DNA of 64,000 nt from Scyliorhinus canicula (lineage: Eukaryota). Shown piece by piece: positions 1 through 12,009 of this stretch (positions are counted from its first letter, which is position 1; each line of letters starts with the position of its first letter). The notes under the pieces are model-generated. The model was not told where the DNA came from. It worked only from the letters and a program-made list of their open reading frames with translations, and searched no databases. The stretch lies in contig NC_052152.1 of assembly GCF_902713615.1 (NCBI RefSeq), positions 37,795,810 to 37,859,809 of the forward strand, given 5' to 3'. Made by a program: the position numbers and the translations under genes.

Positions 1-99
1 GGGGCAAAAACAAATAGAAATAAAAAATCCTCCTGTTTTAATTCAGGATGAAATGATCCCTGGACGGTTGCCAGGTCAACGGGGGACTAATGGGCGTTA

Positions 100-308
100 A
101 ACGCCGGGTTTATTGTCCGTGTCTAAATCACTGAGGGGGAGGGATTGGCTAACTTGGCCAAAGTCCATCACTCGGACTGGGGGTTTCAGCTCGGACACAG
201 GCCGCCCGGGGCTGAGCGCTTAGTCCGGGACACCGGCTGAGGCCGCGGATTGAGATCTGTCCAGTTCTGGCCGGCTTGGTGCGGGTGCCGGGTTGCCAGT
301 TGTTGCCG
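100..308 (+). promoter_or_regulatory. TRMT10C: CpG-rich promoter / putative non-coding exon 1 of TRMT10C
   Basis: CpG-dense region with CCAAT-type motifs (gattggct ~143). Donor-like CCG|GTGAGG (GT 309-310) can pair with acceptor ttacag|G at 3794/3795, upstream of the ATG. Human TRMT10C also has its whole CDS in exon 2. TSS not determinable from sequence. Confidence 0.55.
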
Positions 309-560
309 GTGAGGAGGGGACGCGGCGAGCGGCGGACAGGGAATCAGAGCGATATCCGGCTCCGAGCTTGTGCCACCTTCCAACAAACTCCAATCCCTCT
401 CCCCAACCAGGACTTCACTCATTTCTTTCACAGGTTCGCCCCGCTCTTTTTGTTCCTAATTGGGGGAAGTTGAAACGTATAAACTGCTGGGGGGGGGGGG
501 GGGGGGGGGTAAAATGGGTAAATAAGTACTCCTCCGAAATGTGCCCCTTCTGGGTAGGGT

Positions 561-940
561 TGGACAGACTGGATTTGGGATGGACAGACTGGATTTGGGA
601 TGGACAGACTGGATTTGGGATGGACAGACTGGATTTGGGATGGACAGACTGGATTTAGGATGGACAGACTGGATTTGGGATGGACAGACTGGATTTGGGA
701 TGGACAGACTGGATTTGGAATGGACAGACTGGATTTGGGATGGACAGACTGGATTTGGGATGGACAGACTGGATTTGGGATGGACAGACTGGATTTGGAA
801 TGGACAGACTGGATTTGGGATGGACAGACTGGATTTGGGATGGACAGACTGGATTTGGGATGGACAGACTGGATTTGGGATGGACAGACTGGATTTGGGA
901 TAGACAGACTGGATTTGGGATGGACAGACTGGTTTTGAGA
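561..940. repeat. 20-bp minisatellite (TGGACAGACTGGATTTGGGA) x19
   Basis: 19 head-to-tail units, only a few single-base variants, no spacers. Confidence 0.97.
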
Positions 941-1129
941 TGCTGTTTCCTCTGACTGGTGGTTTCTACAACAAGGGTCTCACAGTCTCAAGATTTGGGG
1001 TAGGCCATTTCGGACTGTGATGGGGGAAGAGGCTCCTTCGCTCAGAGGGTGCTGTCAACTTGTGGAGTTCTCTACCACAGGAGGCTATTGAAGTCAAGTC
1101 ACTGAACGCATTTGAGAAGAAAATGGATA

Positions 1130-1352
1130 GGGCAGCACTGTAGCACCGTGGTTAGCCCTGCTGCCAACGGCGCTGAGGACCCGGGTTCGATCCCAGCCCT
1201 GGGTCACTATCCATGTGGAGTTTGCACATTCTCACTGTGTTTATGTGGGTTTCACCCCCACAGCCCAAAGATGTGCAGGTTAGGTGGATTGACCTTGCTA
1301 AATTGCCCATTAATTGGGAAAAAGTAATTTGGTACTCTTAATGTTTTAAAAA
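1130..1352 (+). mobile_element. tRNA-derived V-SINE (HE1-like), short AT-tailed form
   Basis: tRNA-like head with A/B boxes (gtggttagc, ggttcgatccc), core gtggagtttgcacattctc, tail ttgcccattaattgggaaaa. Confidence 0.85.
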
Positions 1353-1357
1353 AGAAG

Positions 1358-1539
1358 CCATGATGTGGAGATGCCGGCATTGGACTGGGGTGAGCACAGT
1401 AAGACGTCTTACAACACCAGGTTAAAGTCCAACAGGTTTCTTTCGAATCATTAGCTTTCGAAGCACTGCTCGTTCCTCGGGAGCAGTGCTCCGAAAGCTA
1501 ATGATTCGAAACAAACCTGTTGGACTTTAACCTGGTGTT
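1358..1539. mobile_element. Penelope-like element terminal fragment forming a 127-bp palindrome
   Basis: Arms 1413-1471 and 1481-1539 are inverted repeats (59 bp, 2 mismatches) with hammerhead-like gagcagtgctccGAAAgcta. The same leader recurs at 34997-35070. Confidence 0.65.
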
Positions 1540-3872
1540 AAAAAATAAATATATGGATAGATTTCTAGACTCTATAGGAGCCAAGGAGTATTGGGAGAGC
1601 ATGTTCAAGAACAACAGGGCACAGATTTAAAGTGAGTTGCAAAAAGAAGCAAATGCGAGGTGAGGAAATCTTTTTTACACAGAGTGGTTCAAGTCTGGAA
1701 TGCATTGTCTGAAACTGTGGTGGAAGCAGGTTTGATCGAGGCATTCGAGAGGGTATGAGATAATTACTTAATGTGCAGGGGTATGGGGAAAAGGCAGGGG
1801 AATGGCAGTAAGCCATGATGCTCATTTGGAGAGCTGTTGCAGATGTGATGGGCCAAATGATGACCTTCTGCGCCAATACAATTCTGTGATATGGCATTGA
1901 GATCGAGGATCAGCCACAATTATACTGAATGACAGAGCAGGATCTGAGGGTCAAATAACCGACTCCTATTTTCTATGTTTCTACACTATTCTTAATTTCT
2001 TCTGTGTTCATTTAATTAAAATTCAAATGCCAAGAGTAATGAGGTAAACCATGTGCAGAGCATTTCACGGCAATATTAAGAATATGCAAAAATCCTTCCA
2101 CGCATCTTTCTGGATACATCACCACTGCCAGAATCCAGTTGCTCGCTGTGTTCTCATCTCAGCAGGGCCCGAGCAAAGCTTCAGCCCGTGACCACCCCAC
2201 CCCCATTAACTTTCAAAAATGAATATTGTACCTTGGTATGAATAAAATTCTGTGCTTATAATTACAGATTTACAGGAGAAAGGGGAATATTGTGATACTG
2301 ATTTTACATTCTCATTGTTCTGCTCTTTTCACAGGATATGTACTAGAAGAAATGCACATTACTATGTGTCATATGGCTCACATAATATAATACTATGATT
2401 TGCTGGATGATTTACAGGATAAATAATCATTCATTAGAGTGGGCTAGGTTAAATTACATTCTTTGTTATTATTTACTGGTTCACAGTTTTGGAATGATCA
2501 TGCAGATGTATAAGTTTGTAAACAGAATGAGGAACATAATGTGAAACTTTGAGAAAAATGGTAATGTGAATAGATGTAAATCTATATATATATATACATA
2601 ATATGCGAGGAGATGTGGGTGTATATCAAGTAAATTGAGACCTTTCATTCTCAAAACTGAAGTTGGAACTTCAAACCACTCAGTGTCTAGTTTATTCATA
2701 CATAGCCTTGACCACAGGCAAAAGTAGGCCAATATGGTATAGCGGTTTGAAAGTGACGAAGAACCATTAACCTGAGAAAAAATTAGGTAACATTAATGCA
2801 AATTAGACTGTGATATAAATAAATTGTGATTCTCGCTGAAGGCTTATTAAATGTTTTCAAATTATTCAGAAAACCTTTCCGGTTAACAGAAATCTCAATG
2901 GGCAGGGGCTGCAGGAAATGGAAATTTCTATTTGATTTGTGACCATTCAGACTAAAATCTGCCTGAATTATAAACAACAAAACCCAGGAGTAGGAAGACC
3001 CTGTTGTGTCTGCGGGCACACCACCAGTTAATTATTTGTCACTCTTCGGGGTTTTGATTAAGCAGCTTTGTAACAAATCGGCAGCAACCAATTGGGTATA
3101 AGGTTGGAGCAAAGTATAGCAAACTACCTGGCTTGCAGATTTGGTGAGATCCTCAACAGACTCCCGTCCCCAGAAGGTGTTGTTAATTGTTTTTCTATAA
3201 ATAGGCTTATATAGAATAGCTGCTCACACAAACTGTATTTTCCAGCAAGCAGGAGTTTTATTTATATTTTCCTCTCCTACTAACAGTACGCACTCCTCAC
3301 TGAGATGCAATTCCATAAACAAATTAACACCTCAGTTAAACTAGCAGGTAAGAGTAGTTTTAGATCAAAACTTTTTACGTTAATATTTCAATCCCTTGGT
3401 CTGCGGAGAAAAGGAATCAATCAAAGGTTCTTGAAGCTAACTGAAGTCCAGTGACTCCCATTGGAAAGTATCTGGTTTGACTTTGGGTGAAAAAATGATC
3501 AAATACAGTGAAGTATCTTCAGTGAACAATGTCCATTTCCATGAGTTACCACTTAGCACCCTGTAAACAATATTCCAGCATAAATTAGGGTCTCCCAGCG
3601 AGGAGCGGAGAAAATTGGGAGGGTGAAAAAGTGTGCTAGGTAGAAATGATTCCTGTGTTCAACCATTTAACACATCTATGGTTTTGAGAAAATGGAGGAT
3701 TGAGTGTTTTAATCCAAATAGATTTAGCAAGGACATTTAATTTGGAAACAGCCTTTCAGAATTTTTAAATACTTTCTTAAAAATCTAATTACAGGTTCTA
3801 ATATTACCTTGGATTTATTGGAACATTCTTGGAGATTATTTGAATTTCATCAATTTTTTATTTGAGTATAAT

Positions 3873-5195
3873 ATGTGGCTCCGCGTTACCCATCTTTTGC
3901 AAAGTACTGGTCGGCATTACATACGACAGTTGAAGAGTCGGGTGAAGAATAAAGTGCCTTTGACCAGCTGCCAAATAATGCCACACCACAGGACACTAGT
4001 TTTGACATCATGTGTAAAGAATGAAGAAAAAAAGGTCAACCCTGAACAACTAGATTTGGATATTTGGAAGACTATCATGAGAGAAAATGCAACCGAAGCT
4101 CCCAAACCAGTCCCCTCTGAAGATCTTGAGGACTCATTCCTTGCTGCTACTAGAGAAATGGTTCAAATGTGGCGATTAGCTGGGAAAACTGTGCCAGAGA
4201 ACATAACTGAAGAACAACTGAGCACAGTTCAAGAATTACCTTCTAAATCAGCAAAGAAAAAATATCTTAAGTACCTAGCAATCAAAGAAGGCAAAAAGAA
4301 AGCTACAAAGGAAAAACGAAAATTAAAACAAGAAGGAGCAAAGGATCTTCAAAAGGAAAAGGAAAATGAGGAAGGAATTGCATTAAAGAACACTTATCTT
4401 TTACAATTCTGGCAACGGTCTTTTGACGCATTGTACAATTGGAGAACTGTACAATCAATGATGTTTGGTCAGCCACTGGTATTTGATATGAGCTATGAAA
4501 GCTACATGGCCCATCGAGAGATGGAGAACACTGTCTCTCAGATTCTGGAGTGCGAGGGGTACAACAGAAGATCTTTGGATCCATTCCACTTACATTTCTG
4601 TAACCTCAACCCAGAGGGATCATACCAGAAGGAACTTTTGAAACGTTACGGTGATGCCTGGAATAGACTCTTGATAACCATAACAGAAAAGTCATACGTT
4701 GATATTTTTCCCAAAGACAAGCTTGTATATTTAACTGCAGATTCACCTTATGTATTAAAGACTTTTCAGCATGATAAAATCTACATCATTGGATCAATAG
4801 TTGATAAATCAATTCAGACCGGATTGTCCCATGCAAATGCAAAGCGTTTAAAATTGGCAACTGCACGCCTTCCTTTGGATGAGTATTTGAGGTGGGATAG
4901 CGGTGCAAAAAACCTGACATTAAACCAAATGATCAGCATTTTGTTGACTGTGAAAGAAACCGGTAGTTGGCTAGAAGCTCTCAAGTTTGTTCCAAAAAGG
5001 AAACATGAAGGATTTTTCCCACTTCCAATGGAGCAGAGATACTACAGTCGAACCAGAAATGACGAGAACAAGAAGACAAATATCAATAAACCACAAACCA
5101 AAGCCAGATGGCAAAAATCATCCTTGCGTTTAAATCAACCTGTAGAAAGATCTTCAGATAGTCATAAAAAAAGATGGTGGACGGAGGAACATTGA
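3873..5195 (+). CDS. TRMT10C: tRNA methyltransferase 10 homolog C (mitochondrial RNase P protein 1, MRPP1), 440 aa
   Basis: Intact ORF. Arg-rich, acid-poor N-terminus suggests a mitochondrial presequence. TRMT10C-type motifs LAATREMVQMWR, KKKYLKYL, FGQPLVFDM, DPFHLHFCNL, and SPOUT/TRM10 motifs VYLTADSP, YIIGSIVDK, TARLPLD, LTLNQM, ALKFVPKRK. Confidence 0.97.
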   Translation: MWLRVTHLLQSTGRHYIRQLKSRVKNKVPLTSCQIMPHHRTLVLTSCVKNEEKKVNPEQLDLDIWKTIMRENATEAPKPVPSEDLEDSFLAATREMVQMWRLAGKTVPENITEEQLSTVQELPSKSAKKKYLKYLAIKEGKKKATKEKRKLKQEGAKDLQKEKENEEGIALKNTYLLQFWQRSFDALYNWRTVQSMMFGQPLVFDMSYESYMAHREMENTVSQILECEGYNRRSLDPFHLHFCNLNPEGSYQKELLKRYGDAWNRLLITITEKSYVDIFPKDKLVYLTADSPYVLKTFQHDKIYIIGSIVDKSIQTGLSHANAKRLKLATARLPLDEYLRWDSGAKNLTLNQMISILLTVKETGSWLEALKFVPKRKHEGFFPLPMEQRYYSRTRNDENKKTNINKPQTKARWQKSSLRLNQPVERSSDSHKKRWWTEEH

Positions 5196-5364
5196 AGTCC
5201 CTTCAACTATTTTAAGTGCTGAATTGGCTAGAAGAAATATTTTTATTAGTGCACTGATTTATATGTTGCATTGATTATGTCAAAAGATGTATGTCCGACT
5301 ATTCTGTACATCTCCTCTCCCTGGTACAATGATTGCCATTATTGTGTGAAAACCATAACAAAGT

Positions 5365-5370
5365 AATAAA
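5365..5370 (+). terminator. Putative poly(A) signal AATAAA of TRMT10C
   Basis: AATAAA 170 nt after the stop codon. Confidence 0.55.
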
Positions 5371-5877
5371 AAATCCACATTTACATTCCGAGAGGATCAG
5401 CATGTTATTCATGAATAACTAAACCATTAATACACAAAAGGTTCCAGGTTTGATCCCTAGCCAGTCCAAAGGGCCAGGGCTGCCTTCGACACTGCAATTG
5501 GCATTGCTACTTCAGGACTTTGTCTGAGAAAATCATCTAGCATCAAGCTAATTGGTATCCATTAACTCTTGCTGACCTTGAGAATATGATAAGGCGAATT
5601 GCGATTTTCCACACACCCACTCCTCCAGAAGAACCCTGGTGAGAATGTCACTTGAATAATAATCAGACACAACTTCTAGGCTCCTCAGTGTCGGAGTTTG
5701 GGGGGTACCCCAAATATGCGCTAAGGAATCCCTCTCCGAGATTCCCAGGTACGTGTTTGCACTGCAATTGCCCAGCAGTGCTAACTCCCTCTGGGCAATT
5801 GCCCTGCGCTGGGAACCAATTGATACTTCATGTTATTCTGAAAGTGTTAGAAATAAAACGACTTCTGTGTAACTAAC

Positions 5878-6040
5878 TTTTTAAAGTACCCAATTCATTT
5901 GTTCTTCCAATTAAGGGGCAATTTAGTGTGGCCTAGGGAGAATGTGCAAATTCCACACGGCAGTGACCCGGGGCCGGGATCAAACCCAGGTCTTCGGCGC
6001 CGTGAGGCAGCGGTGCTAACCACTGTGCCACCCTGCCGCC
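5878..6040 (-). mobile_element. V-SINE copy (internally deleted)
   Basis: Reverse complement of the same SINE head and tail as 1130-1352. Confidence 0.8.
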
Positions 6041-6539
6041 CATGGGTAACTAACTTAAACGACCCAAAACCGATCCCCACACATGACTGCCAACCTCCCA
6101 GGGGATTCCCCCAAGCACCACCTGCACAGAGCAATGCTTCCCCACCCCAACAAGATGCAGGCATGACTCATCTCTGATCTGATTCTCAGCCCCCCCCCCC
6201 CCCCCCTCCTGCTAATCGACCACTCTGACAAGCGTCGCCTCCCACCTGATCACCCAAATCCCATCAACCTGGCTTCTTCCTGGACTGTCAATTTCACCAT
6301 GCCCTTTAAACCTTTACAGCAACTAGCAAAACATGAAGCGTATCCTTGAATCTGATGGTGCTGGATTGCACTGGGGCCTGTGGAGACTCTTTGGATGCAG
6401 GCTCCAAGCAGCTCTGGCGATTGGAAGTTGCAGTAGAATTTTCAAAACCAGGTAAGTGTGTTTCAAAGTCTTGTATTTCCAGTGGGCTGGTCAGAAGTTA
6501 TGGCTCAATTTTGTTCAAAGAGACTTGCCTGTGCTTGGA

Positions 6540-7670
6540 CAAGGAACGCAGAAGTTTAGCAGGCAGGTGTAGCAAGCAATTAGGAAGGCAAATGGCACGT
6601 TGACCTTTATTGCAAGGGGTTTGGAATACAAGAATAAAGAAGTGTTTTTTTATTATTTTGTTTTAAAAATAAATTTAGAGTACCCAATTTTTCTTTTTCA
6701 AATTAAGGGCCAATTTTAGAGTGGCCGATCAGCCTACCTTGCACTTATTTGGGTTGTGGGGGTGAGTCCCATGCAGACACGGGGAGAATGTGCAAACTCC
6801 ACACAGACAGTGTCCCGGGGCCTGGATTGAATAGGGGCCTTCAGTGCTGTGAAGCAGTAGTGCTAACGAGCCGCCTCTAAGAATAAAGAAGACTTTGCAA
6901 TTATACAGGTATATGGTGAGACCTCATCTAGAACATAGAACAGTACAGCACAGAACAGGCCCTTCGGCCCTCAATGTTGTGCCGAACAATGATCACCCTA
7001 CTCAAACCCACGTATCCACCCTATACCCGTAACCCAACAACCCCCCCCCCCTTTTACTTTTTAGGACACTATGGGCAATTTAGCATAGCCAATCCACCTA
7101 ACCCGCACATCTTTGGACTGGTATACTCTGTGTAGTTTTGGTCAGGAAGGATATGCTTCCATTGGAGGCAGTACAGCACAGGTTCACTAGATTAGTCCCT
7201 GGGATGAGAAGCTAAGTAAATTAGCTTATATCTCAGGGGTTTAGAAGAATAAGAGGCGATCTTGTTGAAAGCTACAAAGTTATGAAGGGGCTTGACAGGG
7301 TAGACGATGGACGATTGTTTCTGGCCAGGGATCTAAAACATAGGGGCACAGGTTAAGGGGCCAATCGTTTGGGACTGCGATGAGGAGAAATTACTTTACT
7401 CAAAGGGTTGTTAATTTTTGGAGTTCTCTATCTCAGGGAGTTGTGGATGCGCCATCAATGAATATATTTAAGGCTATGATGGATAAATATTTGTCTCTAA
7501 ATTGAGGGATCTGTGGAGTGGATAGATATTCGGTGTCTCGGAAATAAGGGATCTGGAGAGTGGGCAGGAAAATGGAGTTGAAGTCCGACATGAGCCATGA
7601 TCATATTGAATGGTGTTGCAGGCTCGATAGGCCATGTGATCCACTTCTATTTCTTATGTTCTTGTATAAT
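6540..7670 (+). mobile_element. CR1-group LINE 3' part with nested SINEs (6660-6878 -, 6930-7120 -)
   Basis: CR1 RT C-terminal sequence (gcaattaggaaggcaaatggc, ggttcactagattagtccctgggatgaga). The nested SINE is flanked by TSD aagaataaagaag. Confidence 0.7.
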
Positions 7671-7704
7671 ATAATGGACAACCAATGGCCAGAGAACCAC
7701 ACCC

Positions 7705-7897
7705 TTTTTATTTTCCAATTGAGCGGCAATTTAGCGTGGCCAATTCAACTACCCTGCACATCTTTTGGGTTGTGGGGGTGAGACCCACGCAGATACTGGG
7801 AGAATGTGCAAACTCCACACGGACAGTGACCCAGGGCCAAGAGCGAACCCGGGTCCTCGGAGCCATGAGGCAGCAATGCTAACCACTGTGCTGCCCT
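7705..7897 (-). mobile_element. V-SINE copy
   Basis: Reverse complement of the SINE consensus seen throughout the window. Confidence 0.8.
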
Positions 7898-9818
7898 AGA
7901 ACTACACCCTTCTGAAGGGGTAAACCACTGGAGAAAACTAGTGGGGGAAATAAATGAACAACTTTAATGAATTGCATCTAGACAAAGTTATCAATATTAC
8001 CCAGAAAGGCTCATTATATTTGACCTCCGCATCCTTCACCTATCAGAGTTAAAAAAAGACAGTTGATTAGTGTCGAGGGACCCTTATTGAAATTGCCTGT
8101 GTGTGAGTGCTGCATGAGGATATGATTGGGATTATATATAATGGTTTACAATCACTTCACCTGTTGACATTCATTGGCTATATTGGATGAACTACCTGAG
8201 GACTGCAGGTATCTGTGGAACTGCATGGCAGTATGAGTTACAGTATTTAGGAACGGAAAGGTTATGAAAGAGAACTGGAGAAAGCAAATTTAATAGAGGG
8301 AAAGCAAAACCAGTATCAAAGCAGTGAAATTCAACTGCCTCTATAGTGAGGAGCTGGATAACGGTCATTAATCTGTCAGTTAGAAATCTGTACATACCAG
8401 AATGAGTCACTTTTATAGTTTCTTCAGATTATTACATGCTTAAAAAAAGCACAAATCAGATGTAAAACATCCATCTCATCCACAAAAAAGTGCATTGCAG
8501 TTAATGACTTAGACTTTCACAATGTCATATGTATTTTAATTGGGGGAAAAGTATAGCCACCTGTGCAAAGAAAACAAATATACTTTGATGGAAATATTTT
8601 TTTAATGTCATTTAAAAATTTTGCATTTAAAAACCAATCCTATCTGGAAGGAAATGGGGTCAAAAAGATCTCGCAGCTGGATGGGCAAATGTCATTCGAA
8701 CTATTTACTTACAAGCGATTAAACTAACTTGTTGGCCTATATGGCCTGCTGCTATGTTGTAATTTCAGTGAATTAAGTTATCAAATTCTGGTTTCTGAAA
8801 TTTTGAATTCTATATTAATTCTGGTTGGGCAATATATTTTCTTGAAACATTTCATTTGCACCCTTTCAAGTGGCCCTTTTGAGTGATTCTTTTATACAGC
8901 TGGCCTGTTTGCATGTTGTAATTTCTATTTATGTATTTTCTGGAATGAAGTTCAAGGTGCCTAGTATCCTAAACTGCAGTTGAATTTCACTGCTTTGATA
9001 CTGGTAGTGCTTCCAATTTAGCAGTCCTAAACTGCGAGGCAGTTCACTTAAATTATAATGAGTGGTGATCTTCAGAAAATCACAGCGACAGATTTATCAT
9101 AGACAATTTTCAGCCTTACGTGGAGAATTAACTGGATGGTATATGTTGACATTTTTCAAATGGATTTTGCTATGGTGAAGGCTGCTAAGGGAATTTTCAG
9201 TGATTTTAGAAATTAATGTTGTGAACCCATTCATTCATTGACTTATATCTAATAGCGATAAATTCTATTCTTCCTGTGAAGAATGGTTTTCTCATTGTTG
9301 TGATTTGCTCGTCTAGATTGTGATTTTCTTTTCGGAAATTAATTTGAAAGCTTCCATTTTGATTTTAAATGTCCCAAAATTATTTTAATTAGTTTTCCAC
9401 AACATTACACTTACTTATCTGGAATGCTTTGAACGCTGAAAAGCAAAATACCCAAAAATTGATGCAATAATACTAAGTTTTTTATGTAGGAAATGTCCTG
9501 AGGTGCCTCATGGCGAAGAAAAGACATGAACCAAATGTTAATGTACTATTAGGAGCAGTGACAGTTCAGTGACAATTAGGTTTTGAAAAGGCTTTTGATG
9601 GAATAAAGGATGCAGTGCTGGCAAGAGTTTCAGGATTAATACCAAAATGGAGGCTAGAACCACAGAATCGGAGGGTGGAGGAAAGATCATGATGCTCACT
9701 TTACAGTTGGACCAGAGGAGTTGGGGGGAATTTGTAGAGAGGTCAAGACTCAAAAATTCAATCTATAACTTTAATATTTGGATTTTCTTGAAATCGCTGT
9801 TCTTTCTCCAGTCACAGG

Positions 9819-10140
9819 GTGGGCAGCACAGTGGCACAATGGGCAGCACGGTGGTTAGCACTGCTGCCTCACAGCACCAGGGACCCAGGTTCAGTTCTGG
9901 CCTCGGGTGACTGTGTGTAGTTTGCACTTTCACCCCGTGTCTGCGTGAATTTCCTCTGGGTGCTCCGGTTTCCTCCCACAGTTCAAAGACGTGCAGGTTA
10001 GGTGGATTGGCCATGATAAATTGCCCTTAGTGACCAAAAACGTTAGGAGGGGTTACAGGGAATGGGTGGAGGCGTGGGCTTAAGTAGGCCGCCCTTTCCA
10101 AGGGCCTGGGCTGAATGGCACTGTAAATTCTGTGGTTCCA
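9819..10140 (+). mobile_element. V-SINE (HE1-like), long form
   Basis: tRNA head, V-core ...gggtgctccggtttcctcccacagttcaaagacgtgcaggttagg..., CR1-like tail. Confidence 0.8.
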
Positions 10141-12009
10141 CGAAGTTAAGTCAGAATCCATACATACCTGTCTGTAAATGTACCTGGTAATAGTTGAAGT
10201 TAAAACTCACCACTATTCTTAGAATTCCCCCTATACCAAAAAAAAGGTCGATATTCTAAATGGTGAACAGGGATTCTCACTCCCTGACTCCGGTGCAGGC
10301 TTCTGTGGGTGCTATTCAGGTCAAACTATCTTTTCAAGTTATCCCCCGGTATAACCCATACCTTCACCGAAGAATTTTACCTACTTACCCCTTAATAGCA
10401 TCGATGTCCTGGGTCCTGCGTTATTAAGGAAGTGAAGTAAGCTAATAACCACTTTTTCAGGTTAAGTTATTTTTATTATTATATTTTTTCTTTTAAAAGC
10501 TGCAAACACTTTCTTTACAGAAAGGAAAAAAGATCTTGCTTCTGGCTGCTGCTGGTTGGTTGTACAGACCTTCAGGCCCACCTTGACAATCGATCTTCTT
10601 AAAATCTGGTCTTCTTGAGTTGTATTCGCTGGTGAACTCGGTTGCTGTGTCCTGTCCTTCCCATGCACCGAGCTGTGAGAGCTGGCTCTGGCTCTGTTTA
10701 AATTCTAGTCTTCCTTAGATGTATAACTGTTTAAACTCAGCTGCTTGCCTTGTCTTTCCCATGACCGAGCTCTCTCTCTCTCTCTCTGAGTTCTCCTCCC
10801 CTTCTCTCGTGTTGCTGGTTTCCTCTGTCCTGTCCTCTGTCCTTGTTGCTGCTGCTCCCTGGGTTTATATTCTCTTTCTGAGAGTTATTAAGTTTTAACG
10901 ACTTTATTGTAAATGAGCTTGTTTCACTTTGATAGTTAAAAGTATCTTTGATGTAAACATTTTACTACAACTAATTATTCATTTTGGGCATATCGTCTCC
11001 TCTCAGATCTGATTAAAAAATGCTTTGGTTTCAATAGGTGTTACTTTTATTTCTGTGATTTCGAATCGTTTAATTTTCCAATTGTCCCCAGCTCATAACT
11101 TTGCCTTTGATTTTGACTTAAATGATGTTTCTCGTAGACAGGTCGTCTCCAATTTTCTTTTAATTGTCTTGATGTTCATAGAATTTTACACTTTAGAATT
11201 GACACCAAATTCGACTGAGCATCATCGATCCTTTCCAGCTGTTTACTAAGAGAGTTTATTTCAATTAAGGTGTGAAACTTTGCTTTTAGCTGTATGCTAA
11301 AATTTAACTTGGTTATGACTTGAAAGACTTGCCTGTTTTAAACATTCGTCACTTAATGCAATTGAAACTCTCATCCATGCTTTTCCAGATGCTTCCTGAG
11401 ATAGTTACATTCCATGAAGGTGTGAGCCATTGTTTTAGCTTACCACATGAAACCTGTGTGTTTGCTAAACCTGCTTGTGAGCAAGAATCTGCATTTTACA
11501 ACCCTGCTCTTTGAAGCTGCTATGAAACTTTTGTGGGATCTTTCCCTGTATCCTCTCAAACCAGATATCGCCAGACTTCCATGTTTCAAATGACATATTT
11601 TTCTGTATTTTTAAGAACAAGTTCACCCAACACAACCAGGCCAAATAAAATGGCTGCTTCACGGAGTAGGCTCGAGGGGCCAGATGGCCTACTCCTGCTC
11701 CTAGTTCTTATGTTCCTAGTTCTTATGTTCTAGTTTCCTGCTGATGTACTTCTCCAATTGCTTCAGCTTTGACTGCAGAATATTCACAAGCACATGAGCC
11801 TTTGGATCCACTTAAAAATGTAGCTGCTGCCAGATCTTCCTTTTATAGTCTGCGTAAAAGTGTCTGGAAATATCGCCGCTTGCACATACAATTTGTAAGT
11901 CGTGTATGGAGTTTTTAAATAAAAACCAAAACTGCTAGCAATCTTCAACAGTTGTGGCAGCAATTGTAGGGAGAGAAACAAGAGCTCATATTTCCAGTCT
12001 GTGACCTAT

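Larger units (their letters stand above)
960..1990 (+). mobile_element. CR1-group LINE 3' fragments, interrupted by a SINE and a Penelope-derived palindrome
   Basis: Typical CR1 3' sequence (aagggt..cacagtctcaagat, ...gactcctattttctatgtttct tail). Resumes at ~1553 (atggatagatttctag) after the insertions. Confidence 0.6.

Noticed and set aside
541-955. CRISPR-like array / repetitive ORFs (MDRLDLGWTDWIWDGQTGFG)n
   Set aside because: Units are head-to-tail with no spacers, there are no cas genes and the context is eukaryotic. The ORFs arise only because the 20-mer lacks stop codons.
1130-1210. tRNA genes at tRNA-like A/B box sequences (this and ~20 other sites)
   Set aside because: All continue into SINE core/tail sequence and lack an intact cloverleaf; they are SINE heads.
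2481-2780. Possible antisense exon in TRMT10C intron (tttttctcag acceptor on - strand, 83-aa ORF)
   Set aside because: No recognisable protein similarity or partner exons; cannot be supported without transcript data.
3840-3872. ORF-track start of TRMT10C at TTG 3840
   Set aside because: Non-AUG start. The first in-frame ATG is 3873, which begins a plausible mitochondrial presequence.
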